Source: a virus
Taxonomy: Duplodnaviria > Caudoviricetes
Virus record (IMG/VR): IMGVR_UViG_3300028364_000013
DNA: 64,000 nt
Direction: 5' to 3' (one strand)
In this document: positions 9,675-18,311 of the stretch, piece after piece
Numbering within the stretch: the first letter of the stretch is position 1
How the letters are laid out: every line of letters begins with the position of its first letter
Notes under the pieces: generated by a model
The model's input: the letters and a program-made list of their open reading frames with translations, nothing else
What the model was told of the DNA's origin: nothing
Database searches by the model: none
Made by a program: the position numbers and the translations under genes

Positions 9675-10262
9675 CTATATCTCATAGAAATTTATAGAAT
9701 ACATGTCTTCAATGTTTCTTGAATAGTTGTGCTCAGACATATAATCCAATAGAGATTGATAGTCTTTTCCAAACATTTTCTCAAATGTAAAGTTTTTAGA
9801 ATCATTACTCAAGAAGTCTTCCACTTTGAAATAACCTGGAAGCACAAGTCTTGAAACCATGTATGTTCTAATTTTAGTAGAACCATTCCAGTCATTAGCA
9901 AGCCAATCTTTTTTGTCAATCTCAGTTTTGCCACTGGAGTCTGCTTTTAGATATGGAGCAAGAACTTTTCTGTACCCATCATCCACCACATAAACAACAG
10001 CAAAGTATTCAACAAACTCATGTTCATTTTCCCAACTTTCAAGTTTTTTGTTTATTTTTCTCCACCCTAACTGGCCATTAAGTTTAGATAGTCCAGAGTC
10101 AACTTCTCTCTTGTAGCTCCACATCTCTTTATTGATTGAATCAATCTTGTTTTTAGACTCTGACTTGTATGAAATTAAATCTTCTCTAAGAGATTCAACC
10201 ATAGCTTCTAACTTATCTCTTTTGAAGAGGTTTGGAAATAATGTTTTTAAAAATCTTTTCAT
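9675..10262 (-). CDS. hypothetical protein
   Basis: 195-aa ORF. Confidence 0.7.
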   Translation of the reverse strand: MKRFLKTLFPNLFKRDKLEAMVESLREDLISYKSESKNKIDSINKEMWSYKREVDSGLSKLNGQLGWRKINKKLESWENEHEFVEYFAVVYVVDDGYRKVLAPYLKADSSGKTEIDKKDWLANDWNGSTKIRTYMVSRLVLPGYFKVEDFLSNDSKNFTFEKMFGKDYQSLLDYMSEHNYSRNIEDMYSINFYEI

Positions 10263-10274
10263 TTTATATTCAAT

Positions 10275-10676
10275 TTAATCTAACAAAGATTCAATCTCAG
10301 ATAATGTAAATTTATCAGCAGCCCTCTTGAACGCTTCCATTTTATATACATCCATAAGTGTCTTAGGGATATAACCCATACTCATCTCATTCTCTACCTC
10401 TTCAAACTCTACAGTTAAATCAGCAACAGAATCTTCAAGACAGCTCACTTCATCCTGCAGCTCTTTTATTTCATCGTTCTTGTCTTCGCAAGAACTACAT
10501 TCTCCATTTAGGATTTCAAACAAAAAATCAGAATTATCCTCTAATACATTTAGAAGGTCTTCGTTGGTCTTGCAGTCATCAATTTCTTTAACGAAATCAG
10601 CTCCAGTTTTCATCACCTCCAAAGCAAATGCTTTTAGAGTCTGCTTGAATACTTTGTTTATTTCTTTGTTTTTCAT
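10275..10676 (-). CDS. hypothetical coiled-coil protein
   Basis: acidic heptads. Confidence 0.7.
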   Translation of the reverse strand: MKNKEINKVFKQTLKAFALEVMKTGADFVKEIDDCKTNEDLLNVLEDNSDFLFEILNGECSSCEDKNDEIKELQDEVSCLEDSVADLTVEFEEVENEMSMGYIPKTLMDVYKMEAFKRAADKFTLSEIESLLD

Positions 10677-11263
10677 ATGTCGTACTTTTGTTTGTATTCC
10701 AGATACTTAATGTGTTTATTTGTCTCCATCCACCACTTGTTCCAAACGGAGTTTCTCTTTTTATAATAATGAATATTAAAATATTTGTCAGAAAATACTG
10801 GACCAAGATTATCCATAATCATAATTGAAAGCGATATTATAGTCACAAATGTTATAACAAAAAACGAAACCCCTAATGACACGTTTCCCAGAGCAACTAA
10901 TACTAAAGAAATTGATAAAAATGGAGATAGAATTAGTGATAAATAAATAAAGTTTGATGTCATACTTTTCCACCAAAAACCTTCTGGCTTTACTGGTGTA
11001 AGTTCTCTAATTTCTTCTTTTGACTTAATTTTAATTTTTAACTTAATGACTTCACATCTCCTGCACTCAACATAACTCTCATCTTCATCAAAAGTATAAG
11101 CCATTCTACCTTCCAGTTTTGGGTGAGGTATGACTCCAGAAATTGTATTTACTTTAAGTCCACTCTTGAAAGGTTTTAACTTATACTTCCCAATGTTTTT
11201 ATCATCGAGAGGTCTCTTCTTGCACTTTTTTCCTATATTCGCCTCAAATTGTTCTACATCCAT
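10673..11263 (-). CDS. hypothetical membrane protein
   Basis: two hydrophobic segments. Confidence 0.7.
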   Translation of the reverse strand: MDVEQFEANIGKKCKKRPLDDKNIGKYKLKPFKSGLKVNTISGVIPHPKLEGRMAYTFDEDESYVECRRCEVIKLKIKIKSKEEIRELTPVKPEGFWWKSMTSNFIYLSLILSPFLSISLVLVALGNVSLGVSFFVITFVTIISLSIMIMDNLGPVFSDKYFNIHYYKKRNSVWNKWWMETNKHIKYLEYKQKYDI

Positions 11264-11296
11264 AGTGGTTATACGATTATTATTATAAAATGTTCT

Positions 11297-11611
11297 TTAC
11301 TTTCTTTCATTTCTTTCATTCTGCTTGATGCCAAAGTAAGTTCCAAAAGAACCACCAAGCAAAAACAATATAACTGGCACAACATCTCCACTCAACACAG
11401 ACTTTATTCCTATTGAGAAAGAGATTAGCGTAAGTATTCCGACCCCGTTGCCAGTAAGTATGGCTGCTAACTTCTTTTTCTCAGCAGTATAAATCACATT
11501 TAATGTCCTAAGATATATGAACATAAACTGTGATAAAAACACAATTATAGCAGACCAGTATGGGTCATTTAATATGTCTTGAATTAATTCTTTCATTAAA
11601 ATTTGTAACAC
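11297..11611 (-). CDS. small membrane protein (DUF5698-like)
   Basis: FIYLRTLNVIYT...AAIL.G..., three TM segments. Confidence 0.6.
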   Translation of the reverse strand: MLQILMKELIQDILNDPYWSAIIVFLSQFMFIYLRTLNVIYTAEKKKLAAILTGNGVGILTLISFSIGIKSVLSGDVVPVILFLLGGSFGTYFGIKQNERNERK

Positions 11612-11913
11612 GAAGGAGGGTTCAATCCTTCTAAATGATTCTTATATTCAGCCATACAATCTCTATGTGCTGATTCTAAATTGTTCTTTAAATCTCTTAA
11701 AAATGACTTATACCATTCTTTATCTTCATCACTGCGAGTCCAGCTTCTTCCATTCTTAAAAAAATCCTGTAGCGCATCTTTAAGTTCTTTTGCACCCTTC
11801 TCATAAAAACCAACTCTGCACTTATACCAATTAGTATAAGAAAGACAGGTTCCTTCTTCAGATGTTATGTCTGGATACCTTTCTCTAATATCTTTAAACT
11901 CTTCGTCTGTCAT
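11596..11913 (-). CDS. hypothetical protein
   Basis: ORF downstream of promoter motif 11946-11972. Confidence 0.65.
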   Translation of the reverse strand: MTDEEFKDIRERYPDITSEEGTCLSYTNWYKCRVGFYEKGAKELKDALQDFFKNGRSWTRSDEDKEWYKSFLRDLKNNLESAHRDCMAEYKNHLEGLNPPSCYKF

Positions 11914-11945
11914 TTGTAACTTTTTAAAATACTATCGTTATATAG

Positions 11946-12022
11946 TTGTACGCAAAGTTAGAGCAAATGTTCTAATAAAAAAAATATAAAAAATAGAACA
12001 TTTTTAATTTGTGTGCGTATAA
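11946..12022. promoter_or_regulatory. back-to-back copies of recurrent promoter-like motif GAACAT-N14/15-CGTATAA
   Basis: Minus copy 11946-11972 (CGTACAA variant) and plus copy 11996-12022 between divergent genes; motif recurs upstream of many operons. Confidence 0.7.
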
Positions 12023-12052
12023 CAAGTTAGAACCAATTTAAAAAGAATAGAT

Positions 12053-12967
12053 ATGAACAAGCCAACAACATATAAAGAAGTTCCATTTATAATTCAAGAT
12101 GGACTTATGTTTAGAGATGAAGTTCTTAACTCATTCCTTTCAGCGGATGGTGGAATTCCTTTGTCAACAATGATTGCATTAGCAGGAACTTCAGGAGCAG
12201 GTAAAACTACTCTTTGTAAGAAACTTCAAAAAGAACTTTCTCCAGACCTATTCTCTACATTCTTCTCTTTAGAGACAAGCAAAAATTCAGTTGCTCGTCA
12301 AACTAAGAGAGTTGAGACTGGAGACAACGCATTGGTTTGTGATGATAAAGATTTTCCAACATGGTCTTCATTTATGAAGTATTTATATGAAGACAAGCCA
12401 ACGATTGCATTCATTGACTCTCTTCAACATGCTGCAAAGCTTCTTTCTAAGGAGAATGGAAAATATAAGTATGATAATTATGCTCAGATTGTAGAAGACC
12501 TTTATACATGGAAAGAAGAGTGCAACACTATTGTTGTAATGATTGTTCAATTAAATGGACAAGGTAAGGTTGAAGGTCCAGAAGCTACAGTTTTTGATGT
12601 AGATGTTCCTTTAAAACTTATTGCTAACCCAAAAACTAAAGAGCGTCACTTAGAGGCTTCTAAAAATAGAAACGGTGGAACAGTTGGTAGCATTTATTAT
12701 GAATTTGTTTCTGATGATAGAATTATTCAATTCTTTGATGAAGACGAATATAAAATTGCTAAAGAAGGAGTTTCTCTTCCAGAGATGGTAACTGATACTG
12801 CATTTCAATTTGCTTCAGCATTCAAAAACCATGAAAACTACAAGTCTTTCAAAAAAGACTTCAACAAAGAAGTAAAAAAGATTTACAACGACAACAATGA
12901 TGATGCTGTAATTTGTACACAGATTGTTATGGTAATGACAAAGTTGTCTAAAGAATACTTTTCATAA
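12053..12967 (+). CDS. RecA-superfamily (RadA/Sms-like) ATPase
   Basis: Walker A GTSGAGKTT, Walker B FIDSLQ, KNRNG motif. Confidence 0.75.
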   Translation: MNKPTTYKEVPFIIQDGLMFRDEVLNSFLSADGGIPLSTMIALAGTSGAGKTTLCKKLQKELSPDLFSTFFSLETSKNSVARQTKRVETGDNALVCDDKDFPTWSSFMKYLYEDKPTIAFIDSLQHAAKLLSKENGKYKYDNYAQIVEDLYTWKEECNTIVVMIVQLNGQGKVEGPEATVFDVDVPLKLIANPKTKERHLEASKNRNGGTVGSIYYEFVSDDRIIQFFDEDEYKIAKEGVSLPEMVTDTAFQFASAFKNHENYKSFKKDFNKEVKKIYNDNNDDAVICTQIVMVMTKLSKEYFS

Positions 12968-13001
12968 ATATTACATTCTTTTATGGTGGTTCTAAAAAGA
13001 A

Positions 13002-13033
13002 AAAAGGGACTCTGAATTAACAGAGTCCCTTTT
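13002..13033. terminator. bidirectional intrinsic terminator
   Basis: AAAAGGGACTCTG-AATTAA-CAGAGTCCCTTTT between convergent genes. Confidence 0.8.
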
Positions 13034-13043
13034 GTATTTAATA

Positions 13044-13232
13044 TCACCTATCTTTAAACATCAATGCCATATTAATTATAGCAGCAACTATTCCTCCAAT
13101 CAGAGGGGCTAAAAACATCCAATTTACTGGGTCTTGATTCACAAAGTAATCTATCCCTTCAACTATTCCCCAGATTGCTCCAGCGCCATACGCCAGTGCA
13201 GCAAGCATGTGTACAATAAATTTACCAACCAT
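13044..13232 (-). CDS. small membrane protein
   Basis: two TM helices. Confidence 0.65.
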   Translation of the reverse strand: MVGKFIVHMLAALAYGAGAIWGIVEGIDYFVNQDPVNWMFLAPLIGGIVAAIINMALMFKDR

Positions 13233-13235
13233 GTC

Positions 13236-13682
13236 TTATTTTTTGTATTCGAAATCAATTTGGGTTTCACCAAATATTACTTTCTTTATGTTAAACAATT
13301 TTTTTCTCTCCTTCAATGCTGGTTTTACATAAGTGTCATCAATGAACTTAACAAGCTTCTTTGCTTTTGCTTTGCTCTTAAATTGCCAGCTTGCACACTC
13401 TCTAAAGTGCTCTCCACATTCACCCTTCATATCTCCTCCAGCTTTCTTAAAAGCTTTCTCAATCTTTTCTGCAAGAGCATAGTTGTCTGGTAAGAAACAT
13501 GCTCCTGGAATTAACTCTTTCCCTTCTGATTCTTCGTGCATGAAGTTCTCAAGGTCGATTGACACACTGTATGTTTTGTACTCTGGGCATTTCTCAAGAC
13601 TCCCCCAGTATCTCGGAGACTTCTTTTTCATAATTAATAAACATTTGAATTGTGTCAGAGATGCCTCCAATAACATGGTCAA
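13236..13682 (-). CDS. hypothetical protein
   Basis: ORF in operon. Confidence 0.65.
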   Translation of the reverse strand: MTMLLEASLTQFKCLLIMKKKSPRYWGSLEKCPEYKTYSVSIDLENFMHEESEGKELIPGACFLPDNYALAEKIEKAFKKAGGDMKGECGEHFRECASWQFKSKAKAKKLVKFIDDTYVKPALKERKKLFNIKKVIFGETQIDFEYKK

Positions 13683-13899
13683 TGTGTTCTTTAAGATTCA
13701 CAAGTTCACCGATGTTAATGCTTGTTTTTTGTTTCTGATTTGTCCTTAAATGACATCATGAAATTATCAAGGTTGACAATCTCCATTCCTATTTTTTTGG
13801 TTGGAACCATTCTTCCTTCCTCAATTTCTCTTTTGACAGCTCTTACGTGTCCTTCTGTTCTATTCATAACAATTATACGTTAATTAAAATTAAATGTTC

Positions 13900-14251
13900 T
13901 TATAAAATTTGATGAAAATGATTTATTACAATAAAAGCCAGCGTAACACTTGATACAAATGCGTCAAGTTTTATAACTATTAAACTTTTTAGTCGTGCTG
14001 TTTTTACAAAACCTTCTTCTATAGAATCCTGTAGAGAATCCAAATGCCAGGAGACATAAAAACATAATCCACTGACCAGCAAATAAAACTCCTACGATAG
14101 CCCAGAAAAAATATGCTATTCCCATAAATATGAAGTTAGGGTGCATTAGTCCACTTTTAAGGCAGGGTGTGCGTATTGCATTAATTTTAAAAGCCCTGTC
14201 AATCACTCTACCCATATCATCATTTTTCACCTTCATTAAAGTGAAACACAC
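13900..14251 (-). pseudogene. C-terminal part of a membrane protein, frameshifted
   Basis: TM segments in two frames joined at an A-run near 13990; probable N-terminal half at 15624-15839. Confidence 0.5.
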
Positions 14252-14489
14252 CCTTTAATTCCATATCCGAGTTTTCACTTCTTTGAGTCCCTATCGCTAT
14301 GTGCATCCAGTCACACTTATTAGAATCTATTGCACATAATACACCTACTTTATAAATGTAACTTGTTCGGTTATCTAACCATGCATCAGAAAGTGCGTCT
14401 TCGTTAACGTCTTCGCTATAATCCCAACTAGTCCATTCATCATTAAACTCGGATATTGCTTTTAGTTTTTCTTTAAGGTAATTTTCCAT
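14220..14489 (-). CDS. hypothetical protein at edge of cassette array 2
   Basis: ORF starts just left of the first attC-like element. Confidence 0.65.
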   Translation of the reverse strand: MENYLKEKLKAISEFNDEWTSWDYSEDVNEDALSDAWLDNRTSYIYKVGVLCAIDSNKCDWMHIAIGTQRSENSDMELKGVFHFNEGEK

Positions 14490-14639
14490 AATTAAAATAA
14501 CGCACCCTAAAAATGTATAAAAATAATAGCTATTAGGTGCTGTTTATAAGGCTATTACTTGTTAATTAAATTTATTCCTATCAGATAGCTAACGCATATT
14601 TACACGCTACTATTATTATACTAAACGTTATGTGCAAGG

Positions 14640-14930
14640 CTAACTTACTGCTTCCAAAAGACGATTTTTAATCCATTCAACATTTGGAACACCATTGCCA
14701 TTTAATACTTCAAGAACTTCGTTTATGGCTTCTTTCATTTTTGGTGCAGAAATAATAAGTTTAGCGTCTTCCATTCTTATTTCATCTGTATATCCATTGT
14801 GGTCGCCATAATCTTCTTGCATTACTTCAAGTCGTGGATAATGTCCATTTTTTTCTGCATTTGGTAAATCTGCTTCTATAAAAAACATTGATTCACTTAC
14901 AACTCTTACTCTCCAATTTTCTGTATTCAT
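14640..14930 (-). CDS. cassette hypothetical protein
   Basis: bounded by complementary R sites. Confidence 0.7.
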   Translation of the reverse strand: MNTENWRVRVVSESMFFIEADLPNAEKNGHYPRLEVMQEDYGDHNGYTDEIRMEDAKLIISAPKMKEAINEVLEVLNGNGVPNVEWIKNRLLEAVS

Positions 14931-15113
14931 TTCGTTTTTAAATTAAATTTAGTGCTGATAAACCGCCCAGCACATAACAGCGTGCATAATAAATTGGCAA
15001 TTCAGTGGTTAAATGAACCTTAGTTTTTCTAATCGAGTTCTGTGGCAGTAGGAAGTTTTCGTTTTCAAAATCGCCAACTTCTCATACACGCAAAACGTTA
15101 GCAAACATTTGGG

Positions 15114-15362
15114 CTACTGCTTAATTTCATCTTTCAGTTGCTCAAATCTTTCTGTTGTTACTATTATTTTTCTTGGTGTATTTTCAATTGCTCTCTCAAG
15201 TGATTGGAATAGTTCTTTTTTGCTTTTACATAAATGCTCTATTGCTTCATAAGGCGTTAATCCTCTCGCCATAGATTCAAAGATGCTTCTAAACTCTGCA
15301 TCAAATTGAAACTCTTCAAAGAACTCTTCCGTAAACTGTGATTTTAATTCAAATTGGTTCAT
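15114..15362 (-). CDS. cassette hypothetical protein, paralog of C-terminus of 1489-2037
   Basis: FDAEFRSIFESMARGLTPYEAIEHLCKSKKE. Confidence 0.75.
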   Translation of the reverse strand: MNQFELKSQFTEEFFEEFQFDAEFRSIFESMARGLTPYEAIEHLCKSKKELFQSLERAIENTPRKIIVTTERFEQLKDEIKQ

Positions 15363-15623
15363 AATAAAAACGATTTGCTAACACAACCTATACACCATAA
15401 AGCAATATAGTATTGTGCTAAGATTAAACATTGTGCTATGCTTTACGGTGCATAGCCAAACCGTTAGCAGCAATACTACTTTAGTTTTTCCAAAGAAGCT
15501 TTCTTTAGTGCCTATTTTAAAATCAACTCTCTCTTCTTCTGTCATTTCTCTTTCTTTATCACACATCAAACATCTCATTTTTGAAAATTCAGTCGGCCAC
15601 CTAAAGTTTATAATTTTCGTTCC

Positions 15624-15839
15624 TCAAATTCCAATCCTTAGCCTTAACGTTATAGGTAAGGCTGAACATCCGACATTGCAGATTAAAAATTCAAGCTCTA
15701 TTTTCTTTTCACCGTTTTCGCTCTCTTTATTTAAACCCTCAAGAAGCCTGAGTCTATATAAGTATTTTTTTGGATTTTGTAAAATACCCAATTCGAATAA
15801 GAAAAATAAAGTACCTAATATGTAAAATAAATTTATCAT
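15624..15839 (-). pseudogene. N-terminal part of a membrane protein truncated at array 2
   Basis: MINLFYILGTLFFLFELGILQNPKKY; reads into the R' site at 15649. Confidence 0.45.
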
Positions 15840-15857
15840 GTTTTATAATTTTTATGT

Positions 15858-16517
15858 TTAACAACCATCGTTTAAGCTAATTAAATAATCTCCACCCTTT
15901 CTGTCTATGGAGCATCCTTCAACGTGAGTGAAATCATCAACACCACACTCTGGGCAAACAGTAAAAGAAGGCTTAGCGTAATTGTTTAAATACCCAGAAA
16001 GACCTCCTCTAAGAACTCTATCCATTGAATTCATTACAATAAAGTCAATTTCTTGTAACTCTGTTACTGAAGTTTTTGACACCACACCTTTCAATCTTTC
16101 ATACGTGCTATTACACGTTTCTACAAATAGAGAATCAGAATATTCCTTTAGGTTTTCAAGAGAATTTTGAATTGAACTCATGAGGCTGTCATTTGACACC
16201 ACAAATTCTGGAGCCTCTGATGTTGGAGTAACATATTTTTCTTCTACGAAAAAACTATGAAGATACTCAACTCTATCGCCATCAGACATTATAACCATAG
16301 CCATTAAGTGCTTTTGATAATCTTCTGGCCATACAACTTTGGCAAACTCAGGATTTAAAATTATATCCCAAGTAGAACCAATCTCAACTCCATCTGGAAG
16401 GTGCCACTTACCATTTACCATAGTAATTCCGCCTATTATCTTAGGGTTATTAATTGACATATAACCACCCTTGAAACCTTGGATTATTATGTTCTTTACT
16501 GTATGCAAATCTTCCAT
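15858..16517 (-). CDS. hypothetical protein with C-terminal Cys motif
   Basis: CPECGVDDFTHVEGC. Confidence 0.7.
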   Translation of the reverse strand: MEDLHTVKNIIIQGFKGGYMSINNPKIIGGITMVNGKWHLPDGVEIGSTWDIILNPEFAKVVWPEDYQKHLMAMVIMSDGDRVEYLHSFFVEEKYVTPTSEAPEFVVSNDSLMSSIQNSLENLKEYSDSLFVETCNSTYERLKGVVSKTSVTELQEIDFIVMNSMDRVLRGGLSGYLNNYAKPSFTVCPECGVDDFTHVEGCSIDRKGGDYLISLNDGC

Positions 16518-16849
16518 TATACTTTGAATTTATCTCTTTGTTCTAATTCTTCTTGCTCGATTACACTAACGCAATCTGCGCAAACAAAGATAGACTTTTC
16601 TATTGTCTTATCCAAAACTTTTACATATACTTTTCTAAATATGCCATTATAGTGTGGACACCTGTTTGGATGATACTTTTGAAACCTCCAGGTTGGTGGC
16701 CTTAACTTTAGCTTGTGATTCTCAACAAGAGGCTTATCCAGAGCTTCTCTTCTAATTTTGTTCATTAAAATCCTGGACACAAAAAGGAAGGCTAATGTTA
16801 AAAAACATAGCCCTCCAATAATTAGCAATATTAAAATGCCAACATCCAT
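16517..16849 (-). CDS. hypothetical membrane-anchored protein
   Basis: N-terminal TM. Confidence 0.65.
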   Translation of the reverse strand: MDVGILILLIIGGLCFLTLAFLFVSRILMNKIRREALDKPLVENHKLKLRPPTWRFQKYHPNRCPHYNGIFRKVYVKVLDKTIEKSIFVCADCVSVIEQEELEQRDKFKV

Positions 16850-17160
16850 TAAAACAATTCCTTAAGAAGAGTCTTTCTATTTTTAAGGTCAGACTTGTGA
16901 CCAGAAAGAGCTTTCTTTGCCTTTTCAAGTTTGTAATCCGCATCATCAACATCTTTTAAGCTAAAAGGCATGCTAAACTTTGATGCCTCATATTCTTCTT
17001 CAGCTATCTCCACATCAGCTTCTGCTTTAACAATAACTCCTTCAAGTTTTGCAATTTGAACTCCCAATTCAGACTTTCCTGATTTTCCGTTTCTTTTAAT
17101 CTCCTTTTCTTTGTTACCAAGTTCTTCAAGTCTATTTTTTACTCCTTCTTCGTATTTCAT
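16849..17160 (-). CDS. coiled-coil protein
   Basis: heptad pattern. Confidence 0.7.
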   Translation of the reverse strand: MKYEEGVKNRLEELGNKEKEIKRNGKSGKSELGVQIAKLEGVIVKAEADVEIAEEEYEASKFSMPFSLKDVDDADYKLEKAKKALSGHKSDLKNRKTLLKELF

Positions 17161-17180
17161 AATTTATGATTTATTTGTTT

Positions 17181-17858
17181 TTATTTTCTAATAAGTAATT
17201 CTGATGAATATATTTTTCTTCTTTCTGGTTCTGTATCTTCTACTTTTTTTCTTACGATTAATTCGTCATCTTCCATAATTTTAATCGACATCGCTCCATA
17301 TCTCATAGCATCAACGTCAGATTCAAAAATGAAATCAGCCCTATCTCTATATTCATTGCCAATAATTTCAACACTTTTTTGTAAAGATTTTGCATCTACT
17401 ACAATAAAGTATTTATAATCATATGTATATGGAGCGTCAGTTGTAAAAGAAACTCTTTCGTCTTCACCAATATTATCAACAACGTATGTTTCTCCAAATT
17501 TACACCCTAAATATCTCCCTTCAGCTACGCATAATAGCGTATCTCCACTTTTTGGTTTTCTAAAAATAGAATGCTCATCTGATGGTCTTTTGGCTTTATT
17601 ATAATAATTATTTATTTCTTGATTAGATACTTTATAACCTTCAACTTTATCTTTTTGGTTAACTTCAGATATAAAACCATTTGATATAAATATGCACCCC
17701 CCATCTTTATTGTATCCAATTAAAAGTTTAACTCCATATTCAGGATGATTAGACTCTTCAATACAAGAAAAAGGCTGATATGGAAATTCATTATCTTCCC
17801 ACTTAGCAATACTTTCTTTGTAGTTTAACCTATCTGATTTTGGATAATGTAACTTCAT
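17181..17858 (-). CDS. hypothetical protein
   Basis: 225-aa ORF downstream of promoter motif 17877-17903. Confidence 0.7.
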   Translation of the reverse strand: MKLHYPKSDRLNYKESIAKWEDNEFPYQPFSCIEESNHPEYGVKLLIGYNKDGGCIFISNGFISEVNQKDKVEGYKVSNQEINNYYNKAKRPSDEHSIFRKPKSGDTLLCVAEGRYLGCKFGETYVVDNIGEDERVSFTTDAPYTYDYKYFIVVDAKSLQKSVEIIGNEYRDRADFIFESDVDAMRYGAMSIKIMEDDELIVRKKVEDTEPERRKIYSSELLIRK

Positions 17859-17904
17859 GCCTTTATGTTTATTAAGTTATACGATAATAAATTAAAAATG
17901 TTCT

Positions 17905-17938
17905 AAAAAAAAAGCAGTAAGTTAATTCTTACTGCTTT
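17905..17938 (-). terminator. intrinsic terminator
   Basis: AAGCAGTAAG-AATTAA-CTTACTGCTT followed by a T run on the minus strand. Confidence 0.75.
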
Positions 17939-18311
17939 ATTCACTTACCCTAAGCTCGTGCTATCACAAGGTGGGCTCCACTAATCCTGGCGAATCAACT
18001 TCACAGCCTACACGTATCCTCTTAAACCTTCAATCAGGCAAGTATAGATACAATAACGGGTGCATCCCCGACCACTGCAGCAGTCACGCTACTTCATCCA
18101 TGTGTGGCACATTGGGAGGAGACTAATCCTCACACGTTTCATTTAATATTGTGGAGAGGTAGGATTTCATAATGTTTTTTGTCTGCGGAAACCCAATCAT
18201 CACGAAGTGTGGTTGGGATGAGCAGGCCTCTTTTTGTTAGTATACGACAAATATACAAAAAAATTTAATTAATTTCAAGTTTTCTTTTTTTTTATATATT
18301 TATAATAAAAA

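Larger units (their letters stand above)
14500..15657 (+). mobile_element. integrase-less cassette array (three attC-like elements plus an R' site)
   Basis: GTTATGTGC 14627 / GCACATAAC 14970; GTTAGCAAA 15097 / TTTGCTAAC 15374; GTTAGCAGC 15463; GTTATAGGT 15649; inverted L arms. Confidence 0.8.

Noticed and set aside
15378-15578. ORF-track 66-aa protein as annotated
   Set aside because: Its C-terminal part is read-through across an attC-like hairpin and its boundaries are uncertain, so it was not called
17940-18240. tmRNA or RNase P RNA
   Set aside because: No tRNA-like 5'/3' ends (TTCGA..CCA) or GAGGAAAGUCC-type core found by eye
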